64,000 nucleotides of DNA from Macrostomum lignano (GCA_002269645.1 NIVC01001300.1:1-64000), one strand, 5' to 3'. Positions 25,877 to 38,560 are shown, counted from the first letter of the stretch. Numbers and translations are program-made. Notes: generated by a model not told the origin, from the letters alone.

Positions 25877-28800
25877 ATGGCCATGGAAATGGAAGAGTTC
25901 TTCGAGGCCAGTAATCAGCCTCAAGGCTGCGGTGGGAACTCCGAACAGTTCCTCAGCAGGCTGAGCAGTCAGCTACGACCTTATTTGGATGCCGCGGATG
26001 CCCTGAAAGCAGACAAGAGCAGCAGTGCTGTGAATTACCCCAGCATCGTTGTGATCGGAGACCAGTCTGAGGGCAAGTCGACGGTGCTGGAGGCGATATC
26101 CGGGGTGGAGCTGCCTAAAGCCACCAGTCTGTGCACCAGGTGTCCCATCCAGCTGCGTCTGAGGGAAGGCGACGAGAAGATTGAGATCAGGTAAGACCAA
26201 GATGTTCTGCGTGTGTCAGTGCCGAGTCTAAATTAAAAAATTGCTGCATGTATATGATAACTCCAGTTACGGGCAAGGCAGCAGCCTTCATCCGAAGAAA
26301 ATTTCGCGTAACGACATTGCCCGCGAAATATCTATCGCCCAAGAGCACATTGTGTCATCTAGCGGGCTGGAGATCACTGACGAGACAATTTCTGTGCTCA
26401 TCCAGACGCCTGACGGGTTCAACCTAACTCTGATTGACCTGCCAGGCATTAACAGGTGATTTTAGAACCACCGGGTGATCTTCTGGACTTCGGATCTGTA
26501 TTTGATCTTGTATTTTTCCACATGTATTCTCAGCAACATCGAAAAGTCGCCATTACAGAAGATTTCATCTGTGTTTGCCACTTTTAGAGTTGCAGATAAA
26601 GTCACAGAACTTTCCCAGAATGCTCAATCAGCGATTTAATGAAATTAAACTGCGTAGAAATAGATATGCGTACAAACTACTAATCCGGTGAAGAAACATG
26701 AGTGATAAGCTGGCTTTCTACCCCCGTTTAACAACAACAATGCAACTCAGCTACGCCGCGGCAGACTTGAGTTGAGGAATGAAGTGGGGGAGCGGTGTGC
26801 GAGGGTTGGACGGATTAAAGCTGCCCCGATCAGTTTTCTCGTATCTTTTATTTCAGAATAGTCTAAGGGAAATTGCTCACTGGCGCATAGAGTGGCCACT
26901 TTTCAATGTTGCTGCGTATATTCTGTTCTATTTTTTGTAAGACCCTGATCAACCCAACTCAAATCAACTCAAGCCTACTCAACCACCCAATCCCACTTTA
27001 ACCAACACAACCCAACTCAACCCCTGTCAACCCAACTAAACTAAATCAATTAAATTCAGGTTCTAACTATAGCTAACCCTAATTTTTCAATATAAAAATA
27101 ACCCTACGTGTAAAAAAGCCCAACATGACAGAATTTGATAGATAATTTCCAGATGAGTTAAGATAAGCTGTCACTTTTACTCCGAAAGCTTGAAACGAAA
27201 ATACGGGTAAAATATTTGCAGGGACACGAGCGACATCGAAGAACAAACCGTGAAAATCATCGAGCGCTACATAAAAGCGAACAGACAATCATTACCGTGG
27301 TGTTCAAATGCACTACTGACGTTAAAGCAGTCAAGGCTTTCCAGCTCGCTAAGAAGTTCGACCCCGAGGGCAAGCGGACCATTGGTGTGATCAGTCACTG
27401 CGACACGCTGAGTGAGAACTGGGAGGAAGCGATTAGCAAGCTGGTGTCTTCACAATCAGGAGTCTTTATTCCTGTCGCTTGACGAGACTACATTTCAGGC
27501 GGGACTTCCGCAGAGGAGAATGTGCTGTCTCAGCGTGCAGAGCCTGAAACATTCAGTCCCGATTTCTCACGCCAATCCCTGTATTTGGAGCCAAATAGCT
27601 CCCGTTAGGACGAAAACCTGGCCATTAGCATTTTGGGATCTCTATGGGGAGAAATGGGATAAATGAAAGGAATAGGAATTTTAAACGAAATAAGTAATCA
27701 AAAGTGTTCCAGATCTTGACAAGTTGAGAAAGCATACAAAAGTTTTTGCGGGTGGAAACGCTAAAAGTACGAGTTATACAGCTGTACAGCTGTGCTCTCA
27801 AAACTTATTTCACAAAGAATTCTTTTTTGTATAGCGCTAAATGGGGTTTTGCCATGGACGAACTCTTTTAGAAAATTACACAATGGAAATAGAAACAACT
27901 TAAACCTTTGAAGCGATACGCTCGTAAGTTGCTTTTGTTACCTTCTCTTTTTAGCGAAAACGAACCGAACATCAAAACCAGCTGAATGACTTGCTCGAAG
28001 GAGAGCCGACAGAGGCGGCCGACTCCAGGAAAGTAGCCTGCGCTCGGCTCAAAAGATTTGCTCAAGAGTTTGAGGCGCAGGTGAAAGGAGAGCACAGAAC
28101 GGAGAAAAATTTTTATTTTCCGAATGTGAAAGAAACTTGGACGAATTCGAGCAATCCATTCGACAACTGACGGAGCCGAACGAGGACAATGATGAACGTG
28201 AGTTTTCTGTGGACGAGCTTCCATTGTTTTTTTCGCATCATCAATCACGCTATCTTCGATAAAATGAACATTTTGACAAATTACAACTGCAAATAACTTT
28301 GTTTCTTTAATCAGAAACATCAACTTAGTTTCTAAGGTTAACTGACCTGACTTACTCTCAAAGGTAATTCTTTATTGGTTATAGTATAACAGTTATACTG
28401 ATCGAGATTCAATTGGAGACCGTGCAACATTCCGACGTACTTGAATTCGATGGAAATCGCTGGTAAATTAGCATTTTTAAATTAAACCGGCGGATAACAC
28501 TGGCTAAAAGTCAGTGTAATGTACAAATACCCGTTTACCATGCCGCGACGTTGATACATGTTGTAGTCTTCGAATTCGTGTCAGCCGACGTCGCTGAGGT
28601 CACCGGAAGGAGGGTGAGGTTTGCGCTGATTAGAGTTGATGGTGAAGCGTGCAGCTGAGGAAAGAATTAATATTGAAAGACCAATTAGAAAGGTGTGAGA
28701 GGCAGAGTAAGAGATAAGAAGACCCGAATATCGAACCCCAGAAACCAAGAGTGGACGGACAGTAATCAGAGAGACGCGGACGAGAGCAGATGAGTTTAGG

Positions 28801-30473
28801 AGATGATTTCGAGAGTCGCGACAAACGGAAAAGGGCCGAAAAACGTCCAGCCGCAGGAGTGACATCGCAGGGTTTGTAGGACGTACATGTAAATACTCTG
28901 CGACTGGCTCCATGAAGATTTTCCAGAAGTGTTTTCTTGAGAAGCTAAACTTTTTTTGCTTTCTGTTTTGACAGAAACCTTTTGACAATTTTTTTTTCTG
29001 AGAAGGCCGTCATAGCGAGAAACAACCAAATCTTTAAACGCATTTAGCTCCAGTCATTGTCGATCTCTGGATGCAATTCAATGCATCTCCCTGTAATATT
29101 CGAGCACACATGAACAGCAGTGCACAACTGAGCTATTGTGTCTGCTCCCGCGCCAATTTACAGTGCTGAAGCAAGTCAAGGAGGAGTTCAAAGACCAGCG
29201 CGGTTGCGAGTTCAAACAGGTGGCCAATGTATTTCCGGTACTGCGCCGCATCGTAAAAAATCTGGTCAATGATAAATTCTGGCCATTGACAATGGGTGTA
29301 TTCGAGAAAATTTGCACCGCAGTGACTGACTACATGGATCAACTAGCCGACGTGAATTTTGGTAAATATCCGCCCTTCAGAGACTACATGAAGGAGAGGC
29401 TGACTAAAAAAACAACTACGATCAAGACGGATGCCCGCAAGTGGCTCGAAAATGTCTTGAAAATGGAGGCGACCTGCGTTCAGACCCGGAACCGACAGTT
29501 TAATCGAGTTGGGTGAGAGAGTTTTTACTACTTTCAACATTCAATTTTTAGCTTATTAATACATGTAAATGTCATTGGCATTGCCAAAATTTAACGAAAC
29601 TCTTTGTCAACGTGTGAATATTTTTACGGTAGAACAGAAGCATAAAACAGCTTATGTTATAAAATCCTATAGTACTTTGCATAGGCTTCAAATACTTGAA
29701 TTTGATCATTAATGGAAGGCATCAGGTGATCTGTTTTAAATTCAATAGTACGAACAGTCAGTACGAATTCTACAATCATGACGCTCTTGTGACTGTACAA
29801 TCGTACTACATTCTAACGTCTGTATCGTCGTGTAACCTGACTTAAATAGCCGTCTACTGTAACAAATAGACGGATATCACCGCATGACATAACATTTTTT
29901 GTTTAGCTTAAGTACACTTTGTATGTTATTTGGCCGTCGGTGTAATGTAAAATAGTGATTTTCCATTGCCTGCGATTTATTACTCTAGACAGTTGCCCTG
30001 AGAATTACGAACTTATACTCGTACTACAGCGCAAACCACATAATAAAACCTCTCGATCGTAGTCAAACTCCACCTGCACCGCGAGAAAGCTTCTCCAGTG
30101 AAGACCTCCCGGATCATGAAGAAGATGGAGAGCACAGCGCCGCTGATGACATTCCACAGTCGTTTAGACAGAGCATGGACGAAAATGAGCTATTAATCTA
30201 TGTACTTCTAACAAAGTACCTGCTCATTCTCGCTGATCAAACTGTTGACAATGTGGCCAAAACAATCCAGTACCAGTTAAGCTACAAGCTGGCGGAAGAG
30301 ATGGACTCGATTCACGCGCTCCTGCCCGAGTCCGACACTCTGCATGGGTTGATGAAAAATCCGGAAAAGAGGATAATCTACGCAAAGTCAGACAACAACT
30401 CAAGTTTTGGAGCAATCTGGATGACAAACTAACGCAGCAGACGTCCGAATACAAGAGGGAATCTCGAGCTTGA
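25877..30473 (+). CDS. Mx-like dynamin-superfamily GTPase, disrupted in this sequence (assembly errors or pseudogene). Exons approx. 25877-26190, 26267-26455, 27222-~27480, unresolved middle, 29164-29512 and 30063-30473
   Basis: [26 protein letters not shown] (G1), [10 protein letters not shown] (G2), LTLIDLPGI (G3), [27 protein letters not shown] (G4 region). Stalk [21 protein letters not shown]...LKME aligns by eye to Mx RGRELPGFVNY...[31 protein letters not shown]. Confidence 0.85.
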
Positions 30474-33429
30474 ACGGCATGACTGTATCCGGATGATGCC
30501 AGGCGCGTCGTCTCTCCCAAATTACAATCTCCGTAGTAACTTTAATTGCACGCATGTACATTGAATAATGTTGTCTTCACTAAATACTTGTTATAAATTT
30601 CCAATGATCACTAGAAGTACACTACATGTAGCTATGTTAAGATCTGATTGTTTAACGAATATTCCGGATAATTAAGTTGGCATAATATTCAAAGTACGCT
30701 CGTATATGTGGAGACAATTGAACCTAACGGAGCCAATTTAATACTCGTACTAGTCGATTTTACCAAAAAATACGTTCGTAAAAATGATATTGTAATATCA
30801 TTTGATATCTTAAAATCAGTCATTTCATATTCTAAAATATCGTATTTTCATATTATTAATAATATTATAGAGTGACAGATCAATTTTCATTTAAAACCAG
30901 ATGTTTTTATTGTTTATTTCCTTTACTGTTTTGCAGGTCTGTTTTAGTCTTTAGCTACATGTGATTGCTTTGATTTATTTAAGAAAATTTTATTAAAGAA
31001 AGAAAGAAAGAGTGTGCGGCGGCGAGCCCCCACTATACCAGTAGACTTACTAATTCCAGGGGTGTGGTCGAGTGACTTAACTTGATTTCGTGCTTCATAT
31101 TAACCTACCATTAAAGCGAGTGACCTTTTTATTGAGATTTCCTATCGAGCATGGACACAACTATACTAAATATAGCCCAGTAATCTTCTTAGTGCTTAAT
31201 TTAGACCTAATACATAAAGAATAAGAGCAAATAAACCATCGTCCCACCTTGAAGACGACCAGCGTCTTCATTCACTAGGTAGGTCTCTGGTAAGAAAAAT
31301 CCCTCTAGTCTCTGGCAGTAAAACCATTAGATCAGTTTTTAGAGCAGTCGCGTAACAAAGCATCCAACAAGTACGCAATCCTTCCCGAACACTAGAACGA
31401 TCTTGTTGGACTTTTGTTGTTCTCGGTTTGACTTTAGTAGGTTTTATACCCTACTGTTGTTGTACTTCTGATTTTGCCTTCAATTTTGTTTTAAGTTGCG
31501 AATTTTTTTTTTTTGTGTCTACCTAAACTTTCGTACGAGCGTATTTGAATTTTTGTGCCCCGTTAAATTTATCAAATTTTGCTGATTTATTTAAGCTATC
31601 GTAACCTCGGAAGCAATTTTTCGATTTTTTGGGACATTTTTAAAAAGGCTTACTGTGATTATTTGGTGTTTTTATCGTTTTAGCTGGACTTTAGTCACGC
31701 GTCAATAAAATCAGTTGATAGATTCGTCAGCAGATAAATAAAGAATTACCTAATTAATTATTGATACCTAAAGAATTACCAGATTAATAAAAGATATAGA
31801 TAATGCTATAGATATTGATTGTTCTGAATCAATTTCATTAGTCAATATTAATTAGAATAGTTATAGTTATAATAGTTAGAATCGTTAGGGGCTTTAAAAT
31901 AAGCCAAAAATAATTACGCTTTCAGAGCTAAATGTGCTAATTCATTTCTTAAAGCTTTCTAGTCGAAGATTATGCCCATAGCACGAAATGTCGTACCTGC
32001 TTAAATCGCAGCCGCTTCGGTATAAAACACAGCATATTCGAATTAGAAAATCTCATTCATTTCAGTAATAGGAATGATTTTAGCTCGTATTACTGCTGCA
32101 ATAGGGCTTAAATATTTTACTAATTTTCAATACGATACCATGATTACTTTATCACCATTTTTCTGTAATGAAACATTAAAATTTTGCTACTGCCTAATAT
32201 TAGTAATAAGTGTAGATTGGCTGGCCAATCACTGTTAGCGGGGCCGGGGGGGGGTGCTTGCCGTCGCCCCGTGTTTAGGGTGCAGACTCTGAGCAAGACG
32301 AGCCTTGCCATGCACAGCCTTCAGGACATTCGTAACTGAAAACGGAGAACGAATTGCTGTAAAGCAGATTCAGATTCAAACGTATCTGAAAACAGATTGT
32401 CGATATAAATATATATCGAATATTATATGTCCCGGTGCTCGTGGTAAAGTAATTCATTATCTTTCAAGACATTTTTTAATTTTAATTTTTGTTGTATGTT
32501 AAAACTAATTTCTGCAGGTGTCTCCATTTTTACACAGGGGTGTGTCTCGGGCGAGCCTTCTCATTCACAACCCCTCGAAGATTCTTGTAGAGTTTGCTGC
32601 AATGAGATGATGGCGTTTAAAAATCTGCCAGCTGAGCTTTAATTCATGATGGGAACTAGCTGAATACCAGACAAGAACACGAGAGCTGAAATATACTTGT
32701 ATCCGTAGAAATTTTTGAAGTCTGACAGAAACTGTGTTTTTGCTCTCATGATGCTAAACAAAAGGAGGTAATGGCGATGGATATGGGGCTGCTCGAAGAC
32801 CGCTGAAGCCGCCGATGATGAGCTGGCCTGACAGCTGCGGTAGCGGACTCGCACTGCTTAGCGATGCCGACCTGACTGAAGATGACACTGACAGCGACAG
32901 CGAGCGACCCGATATCGACACGGATATCTTCACGGAGACGAAGCTGCTTCGAAGTTAGCCGAAGATGGATATCCGTTATGATGTGAATCTTAGTGTCTTT
33001 AATCATGCGGCTAATAATTATACAAAATATATATGGTAAGGAACTGTCTAGAAAAATCATTGACGAACGACACAGAACTTTTGCATATGTCACTGTAATG
33101 CAATCAGTTAGTGAGCATGCGATTATCCATCCTCACATGGAACGATGTGATGCCAAAGTTTGCCTGTAAGCCACAAGTAATAAATCAGGAGAAGTGATCG
33201 GTCTGCATTCAAAGAAATTTTAAAGAGCACAAAGCGCAGGCCGCTAACAGTTCACTCAGACCAGGGAAAAAATTTTCACCTTGAGCTATCGTTGGAGCTG
33301 CATATTGAAAGCAGAATTCTAAGATTGTAGAAAGTATGATGTCGAACTTTTATGATTGAAATGTGGAGATATTTTACTCACAAAAGCACTTCAATCCTAC
33401 GCAGCATAGGGAATCTCAATCGTGACACA

Positions 33430-33625
33430 GCACAGGGAATTTTGTGATAGGGAGGGAGTGAGCGGGAGAGTGGGTGAGAGGGATAATGGGGGAGAGGGAG
33501 TGAGGGAGAGAGAGGGAGAGAGATGAGGAGAGAGATGAGGAGAGAGGGAGAGAGGGAGAGTGAGAGGGAGAGTGGGGAGAGGGAGACAGAGGGAGTGTGA
33601 GGGAGAGAGAGAAAGAAAAGATAAT
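33430..33625. repeat. GA-rich low-complexity tract
   Basis: Almost pure purines on the + strand. Confidence 0.88.
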
Positions 33626-34769
33626 GAAGGAACGCAGAGACACTGGAGCAATGGAATTGGGGACTCCACTCACAATTCAATGATCTCTATGAAGGGCACA
33701 CATGGGGAGTTCGGTTGAGTGCAAAACTCAGCGGCAAGAAGTATTTGCGAACTCGGACTAAAAAATGGCAGTACTGAATGACTCACTCACTCATCCCGCC
33801 AGCCAAGTGCAGCGACCCGCCAGCCATTGTCAGAGCAGTGGAATTTTACCGCTGGCAAGAGTGGGGCAGACAATGAAGCCCCACCTACTCTGCAGCTACC
33901 TGCTTGCGCCAGCCTGAGTTTGAGCTGAGCAAAAACTCCATAGCTATACGAGCTACAACTCAGTATAAGAATTGAAGTCCACACACTGGGCAGTATAGAC
34001 TCTGCTACGCTGTCTGCATTGGGAGGGTATAATTAGTTATCAGATAGCGACAGAGCCGCAATTCATGCAGTAGCAGTGACAGGCTTTGGAGACAAAAGCT
34101 GTCGAGCTCAGAGCTTCGTGCCGCAACTCGCCCCGACGCGACTGACTCAAGTAACAATACAAGTATGCGAGTATCTTTCACATGCATCGATGTTCTGTAA
34201 AAGACCACTAAGGAATAGCAAGCTTTCAGCAGCAGAAGTAGTGAGGTTTGAAAAGCACAAAATGCAGGCCGCGAACAGTTCGCTCAGACCAGAGGAAAGA
34301 ATTTGTCAGCTCGAGCTTTCGACATTTAAAACAAACAGCAAACAGAGACCAGCGATTGCATAAGTATGAAATCAAGAGCTTTTAAGATTAAAATTTGGTG
34401 ATATTTTACTTAAAAAAGCACTTCTAGGTCGTACACTGGGTGGTGCCAAAGTTAGTGGAGTCTTACAATGCTACACTTTTTAACAAAAGAATCAGAATGG
34501 AACGAATCAATTCTTGCAAGCAAAACGAGTCGGTAGTATGAATGAACCTGTATGATGGCAAGTCAATAGAAATGTTGGATAAAGTCAATGAAAATGAAAG
34601 GCAGTGACAATCACCCGGTGACAATTTCCGACTACCTCTCTCTCTACCTCTATCCCCACTTCTCTTATCCTTGTAATCCATATCTTGACTCGCCGCGTCA
34701 TCATTTTTTGCAGAAAAAAGGCCGCAAGGATAGAACGTAAAAGTATTTTAATTATCATTTTTTAAGCAC

Positions 34770-36085
34770 AAGCATTGGTGACCACAGCATTGGTGAACAC
34801 AGCATTGGTGAACACAGAATTGGTGAACACAGCATTGGTGAACACAGCATTGGTGAACACAGCATTGGTGAACACAGCATTGGTGAACACAGCATTGGTG
34901 ACCACAGCATTGGTGACCACAGCATTGGTCACCACAGCATTGGTGACCACAGCATTGGTGACCACAGCATTGGTGACACACAGAATTGGTGAACACAGCA
35001 TTGGTGACCACAGCATTGGTAAGCACAGCATTAGTGAACACAGCATTGGTAAACACAGCATTGGTAAACACAGCATTAGTGACCACAGCATTGGTGAACA
35101 CAGCATTGGTGACCACAGCATTGGTAAACACAGCATTGGTGACCACAGCATTGGTAAACACAGCATTGGTGACCACAGCATTGGTAAACACAGCATTAGT
35201 GAACACAGCATTGGTAAACACAGCATTGGTAAACACAGCATTAGTGAACACAGCATTGGTGACCACAGCATTGGTGACCACAGCATTGGTAAACACAGCA
35301 TTGGTGAACACAGCATTGGTGAACACAGCATTGGTGAACACAGCATTGGTGAACACAGCATTGGTGAACACAGCATTGGTGACCACAGCATTGGTCACCA
35401 CAGCATTGGTGACCACAGCATTGGTGACCACAGCATTGGTGACCACAGCATTGGTGAACACAGCATTGGTGAACACAGCATTGGTGACCACAGCATTAGT
35501 AAACACAGCATTAGTAAACACAGCATTAGTAAACACAGCATTAGTGAACACAGCATTGGTAAACACAGCAATAGTGAACACAGCATTAGTAAACACAGCA
35601 TTGGTGACCACAGCATTGGTGAACACAGCATTGGTAAACACAGCATTGGTGACCACAGCATTGGGTAAACACAGCATTAGTGAACACAGCATTGGTAAAC
35701 ACAGCATTAGTAAACACAGCATTAGTAAACACAGCATTAGTAAACACAGCATTGGTGACCACAGCATTAGTAAACACAGCATTAGTGAACACAGCATTGG
35801 TAAACACAGAATTAGTGAACACAGCATTAGTAAACACAGCATTAGTGAACACAGCATTAGTAAACACAGCATTGGTGACCACAGCATTGGTGAACACAGC
35901 ATTGGTGACCACAGCATTGGTGAACACAGCATTAGTGAACACAGCATTGGTAAACACAGCTTTAGTGAACACAGCATTAGTAAACACAGCATTGGTGACC
36001 ACAGCATTGGTGAACACAGCATTGGTGACCACAGCATTGGTGACCACAGCATTGGTGAACACAGCATTGGTAAACACAGCATTTG
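34770..36085. repeat. 15-bp minisatellite (CACAGCATTGGTGAA)n, ~85-90 copies
   Basis: Direct reading; ends ~50 bp upstream of the CCAAT box of orphan ORF A. Confidence 0.97.
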
Positions 36086-36137
36086 CAGGCTGCATGCGAT
36101 ATATTGCTTGGCCTCTGCGTATGGCTGTGCAGCCCAG

Positions 36138-36190
36138 CCAATGGGAGCAGACCTTGCCGAGGACAGAGTTAAGACAAGTTCATTATAAAA
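36138..36190 (+). promoter_or_regulatory. CCAAT box (36138-36142) and TATA box TATAAAA (36184-36190) of orphan ORF A
   Basis: Same motifs with identical 46-bp spacing in copy B. Confidence 0.7.
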
Positions 36191-36236
36191 AGAACAGCTT
36201 TGGGTGAGTGAAGAAGTTTAAAGAGGAGTTGCAAGC

Positions 36237-36569
36237 ATGTCAAATACTGTCGTAAACCAAAGTCTAAATGGAAGCTGTTCTGTTCCGCCTTTCGGGCGCG
36301 GCGGCGACCTGTGGAGTATATTCAGTAACGTTGCAATTTATTTATATAATTATTTGAGAGAAAATCCATATCTTATAAATACAGGAATTAATTTTATTCG
36401 TGAAGTTGCTGATAGATCGAGAGGAGGAAATATTGCTACAATTTTTACTGCCATCTTTAGTGTAGCGGGAGGTCATTTAATGAACTATTACACAGAAGAT
36501 CCCAGTAGGATATTTCAAACCATTGACAATATTACTCAATATATAGTAAATCGAAACTCGAATAATTAG
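36237..36569 (+). CDS. Intronless 110-aa orphan protein, copy A (predicted amphipathic helices, internal two-fold repeat)
   Basis: The paralogue at 47720-48046 keeps the frame despite many substitutions, including many synonymous ones. TATA box 53 nt upstream; AATAAA at 36583-36588. Confidence 0.8.
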   Translation: MSNTVVNQSLNGSCSVPPFGRGGDLWSIFSNVAIYLYNYLRENPYLINTGINFIREVADRSRGGNIATIFTAIFSVAGGHLMNYYTEDPSRIFQTIDNITQYIVNRNSNN

Positions 36570-37609
36570 TATATAAATTGCAAATAAACTGAAGCTACTT
36601 CAGTAGCTCCTCCCAATTTTTATTTTTTAAAATAATAATAATAATAAATAAATAAAATTAAAAAAGATAAAAAAACAAAAAAAACAAAAAAACTATTATT
36701 TTTATTTAAAAAAATAAATAATGCGGATCCGCAGACAGCAGCCTTCCCGTGGCGATCCGTGTGAGTAGCTTTCACAGTGACTGCCAAAGCAAAATGCCTG
36801 CAGGCGTCACTGCAAAGCGAAACCAATGGCTGTCTAACAAAACAATTGATGATAATTCCGGGTGGCTTAATTAATATGTAAAAATCAGTCTTTAAGCATA
36901 TGGTTATACAGTGTAAATATATGAAATAAGGTTCATGAACTAGATTGACTTTGCTTAACCAATTTTCACTAAACTTGCACCTATCAGCGTTCAAAATGCT
37001 GATATGCTGTTACAAACTATCATAGTATTTAATGTTAGACCCACCCATTTGCCTGCACTAAAACAGCCACACAGACCCAGCGTGCCCTCTCTGTGTTAAT
37101 TCATCAAACTAGCTAACTATGCAAACAAGCAAATAAGATGGGTGGGGCGGAAAAATATCACGCCACCAACCCAACACTGCCACTGCTTCTCCACTGCCGA
37201 GTTGAGTAAAGTTTGAGCTCAAACCTAAGAGAAGGACTTGTCTCAGTTCTTCGAAGTTTCTGTCTGCCGTGGCAGAGGGGTAGCAGGCGTGTAAGGTAGT
37301 TGGCGTGAGAGGCCATCAGAGACTACCTATGATAACCTGTTACAGTACCATTTTGTGGGATCATCAATAAATGTTTTTCCCGCAAAGTTACGACTCTTTA
37401 TTTGTTATTTGTTGTGTAGCTATGCAGACTGCTTAAAAATGTGCATTAATTTTTTAAGTAGTATGAAAGCTTATTACATACATGTAGCTTATACAGTACA
37501 TATTACTGGAAGTAGCGAAACCATTTTTTTCTCTTTCCTACTCGACACATTGCAAGTTATATTGGGAGAATCTGCTACTGCTAATCTGCTATTGAAGATG
37601 AAGCGAACT

Positions 37610-38560
37610 CCCTGATTTCCGATTTGCCACCTCCCTGATTTCCGATGTGCCACCTCCCTGATGTCCGATGTGCCACCTCCCTGATTTCCGATGTGCCACC
37701 TCCCTGATTTCCGATGTGCCACCTCCCTGATTTCCGATTTGCCCCCTCCCTGATTTCCGATGTGCCACCTCCCTGATGTCCGATGTGCCACCTCCCTGAT
37801 TTCCGATGTGCCACCTCCCTGATGTCCGATGTGCCACCTCCCTGATGTCCGATGTGCCACCTCCCTGATGTCCGATTTAATTGCCAGCTCCCTGATGTCC
37901 GATTTGTCACTTCCCTGATGTCCGATTTGTCACTTCCCTGATGTCCGATTTAATTGCCACCTCCTTGATGTCCGATTTAATTGCCACCTCCCTGATGTCC
38001 GATTTAATTGCCACCTCCCTGATGTCCGATTTAATTGCCACCTCCCTGATGTCCGATTTAATTGCCACCTCCCTGATGTCCGATTTAATTGCCACCTCCC
38101 TGATGTCCGATTTGCCACCTCCCTGATGTCCGATTTAATTGCCACCTCCCTGATGTCCGATTTAATTGCCACCTCCCTGATGTCCGATTTAATTGCCACC
38201 TCCCTGATGTCCGATTTAATTGCCACCTCCCTGATGTCCTATTTGCCACCTCCCTGATGTCCGATTTAATTGCCACCTCCTTGATGTCCGATTTAATTGC
38301 CACTTCCCTGATGTCCGATTTAATTGCCACTTCCTTGATGTCCGATTTAATTGCCACCTCCCTGATGTCCGATTTAATTGCCACCTCCTTGATGTCCGAT
38401 TTAATTGCCACCTCCCTGATGTCCGATTTAATTGCCACCTCCCTGATGTCCGATTTAATTGCCACCTCCTTGATGTCCGATTTAATTTCCACCTCCCTGA
38501 TGTCCGATTTGCCACCTCCCTGATGTCCGAATTGCCACCTCCCTGATGTCCGATTTGCCC
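37610..38560. repeat. 23/27-bp minisatellite (GCCACCTCCCTGATGTCCGATTT[AATT])n
   Basis: Direct reading; shorter counterpart at 50535-50810. Confidence 0.96.

Larger units (their letters stand above)
34515..38560 (+). repeat. Segmental duplication, cassette copy A (homologous to 47145-50810)
   Basis: Collinear shared blocks: AAATGTTGGATAAAGTCAATGAAAATGAAAG, 15-bp array, promoter, orphan ORF, GCGGATCC.CAGACAGCAGCCTTCCCGTGG, GCATATGGTTATACAGTGTA, GAGACTACC...GTTACGACTC and the 23/27-bp array. Confidence 0.92.

Noticed and set aside
27480-27482. Selenocysteine or readthrough at the in-frame TGA of the Mx-like gene
   Set aside because: No SECIS recognised, the position is not a known Cys site, and other lesions in the gene offer simpler explanations.
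32746-33093. Short ORFs around an acidic DDTDSDSE-like stretch
   Set aside because: No consistent frame, splice structure or recognisable domain.
34748-36207. Long pentapeptide-repeat ORFs (NAVFT / VNTAL / HSIGE)
   Set aside because: Products of the 15-bp VNTR; copy B has only ~6 units, so there is no conserved protein.
36592-36608. Histone-type 3' stem-loop (6-bp stem, 4-nt loop)
   Set aside because: The sequence differs from the GGYYYT-TTTY-AGRRCC consensus, a canonical AATAAA is adjacent, and copy B does not keep the stem.
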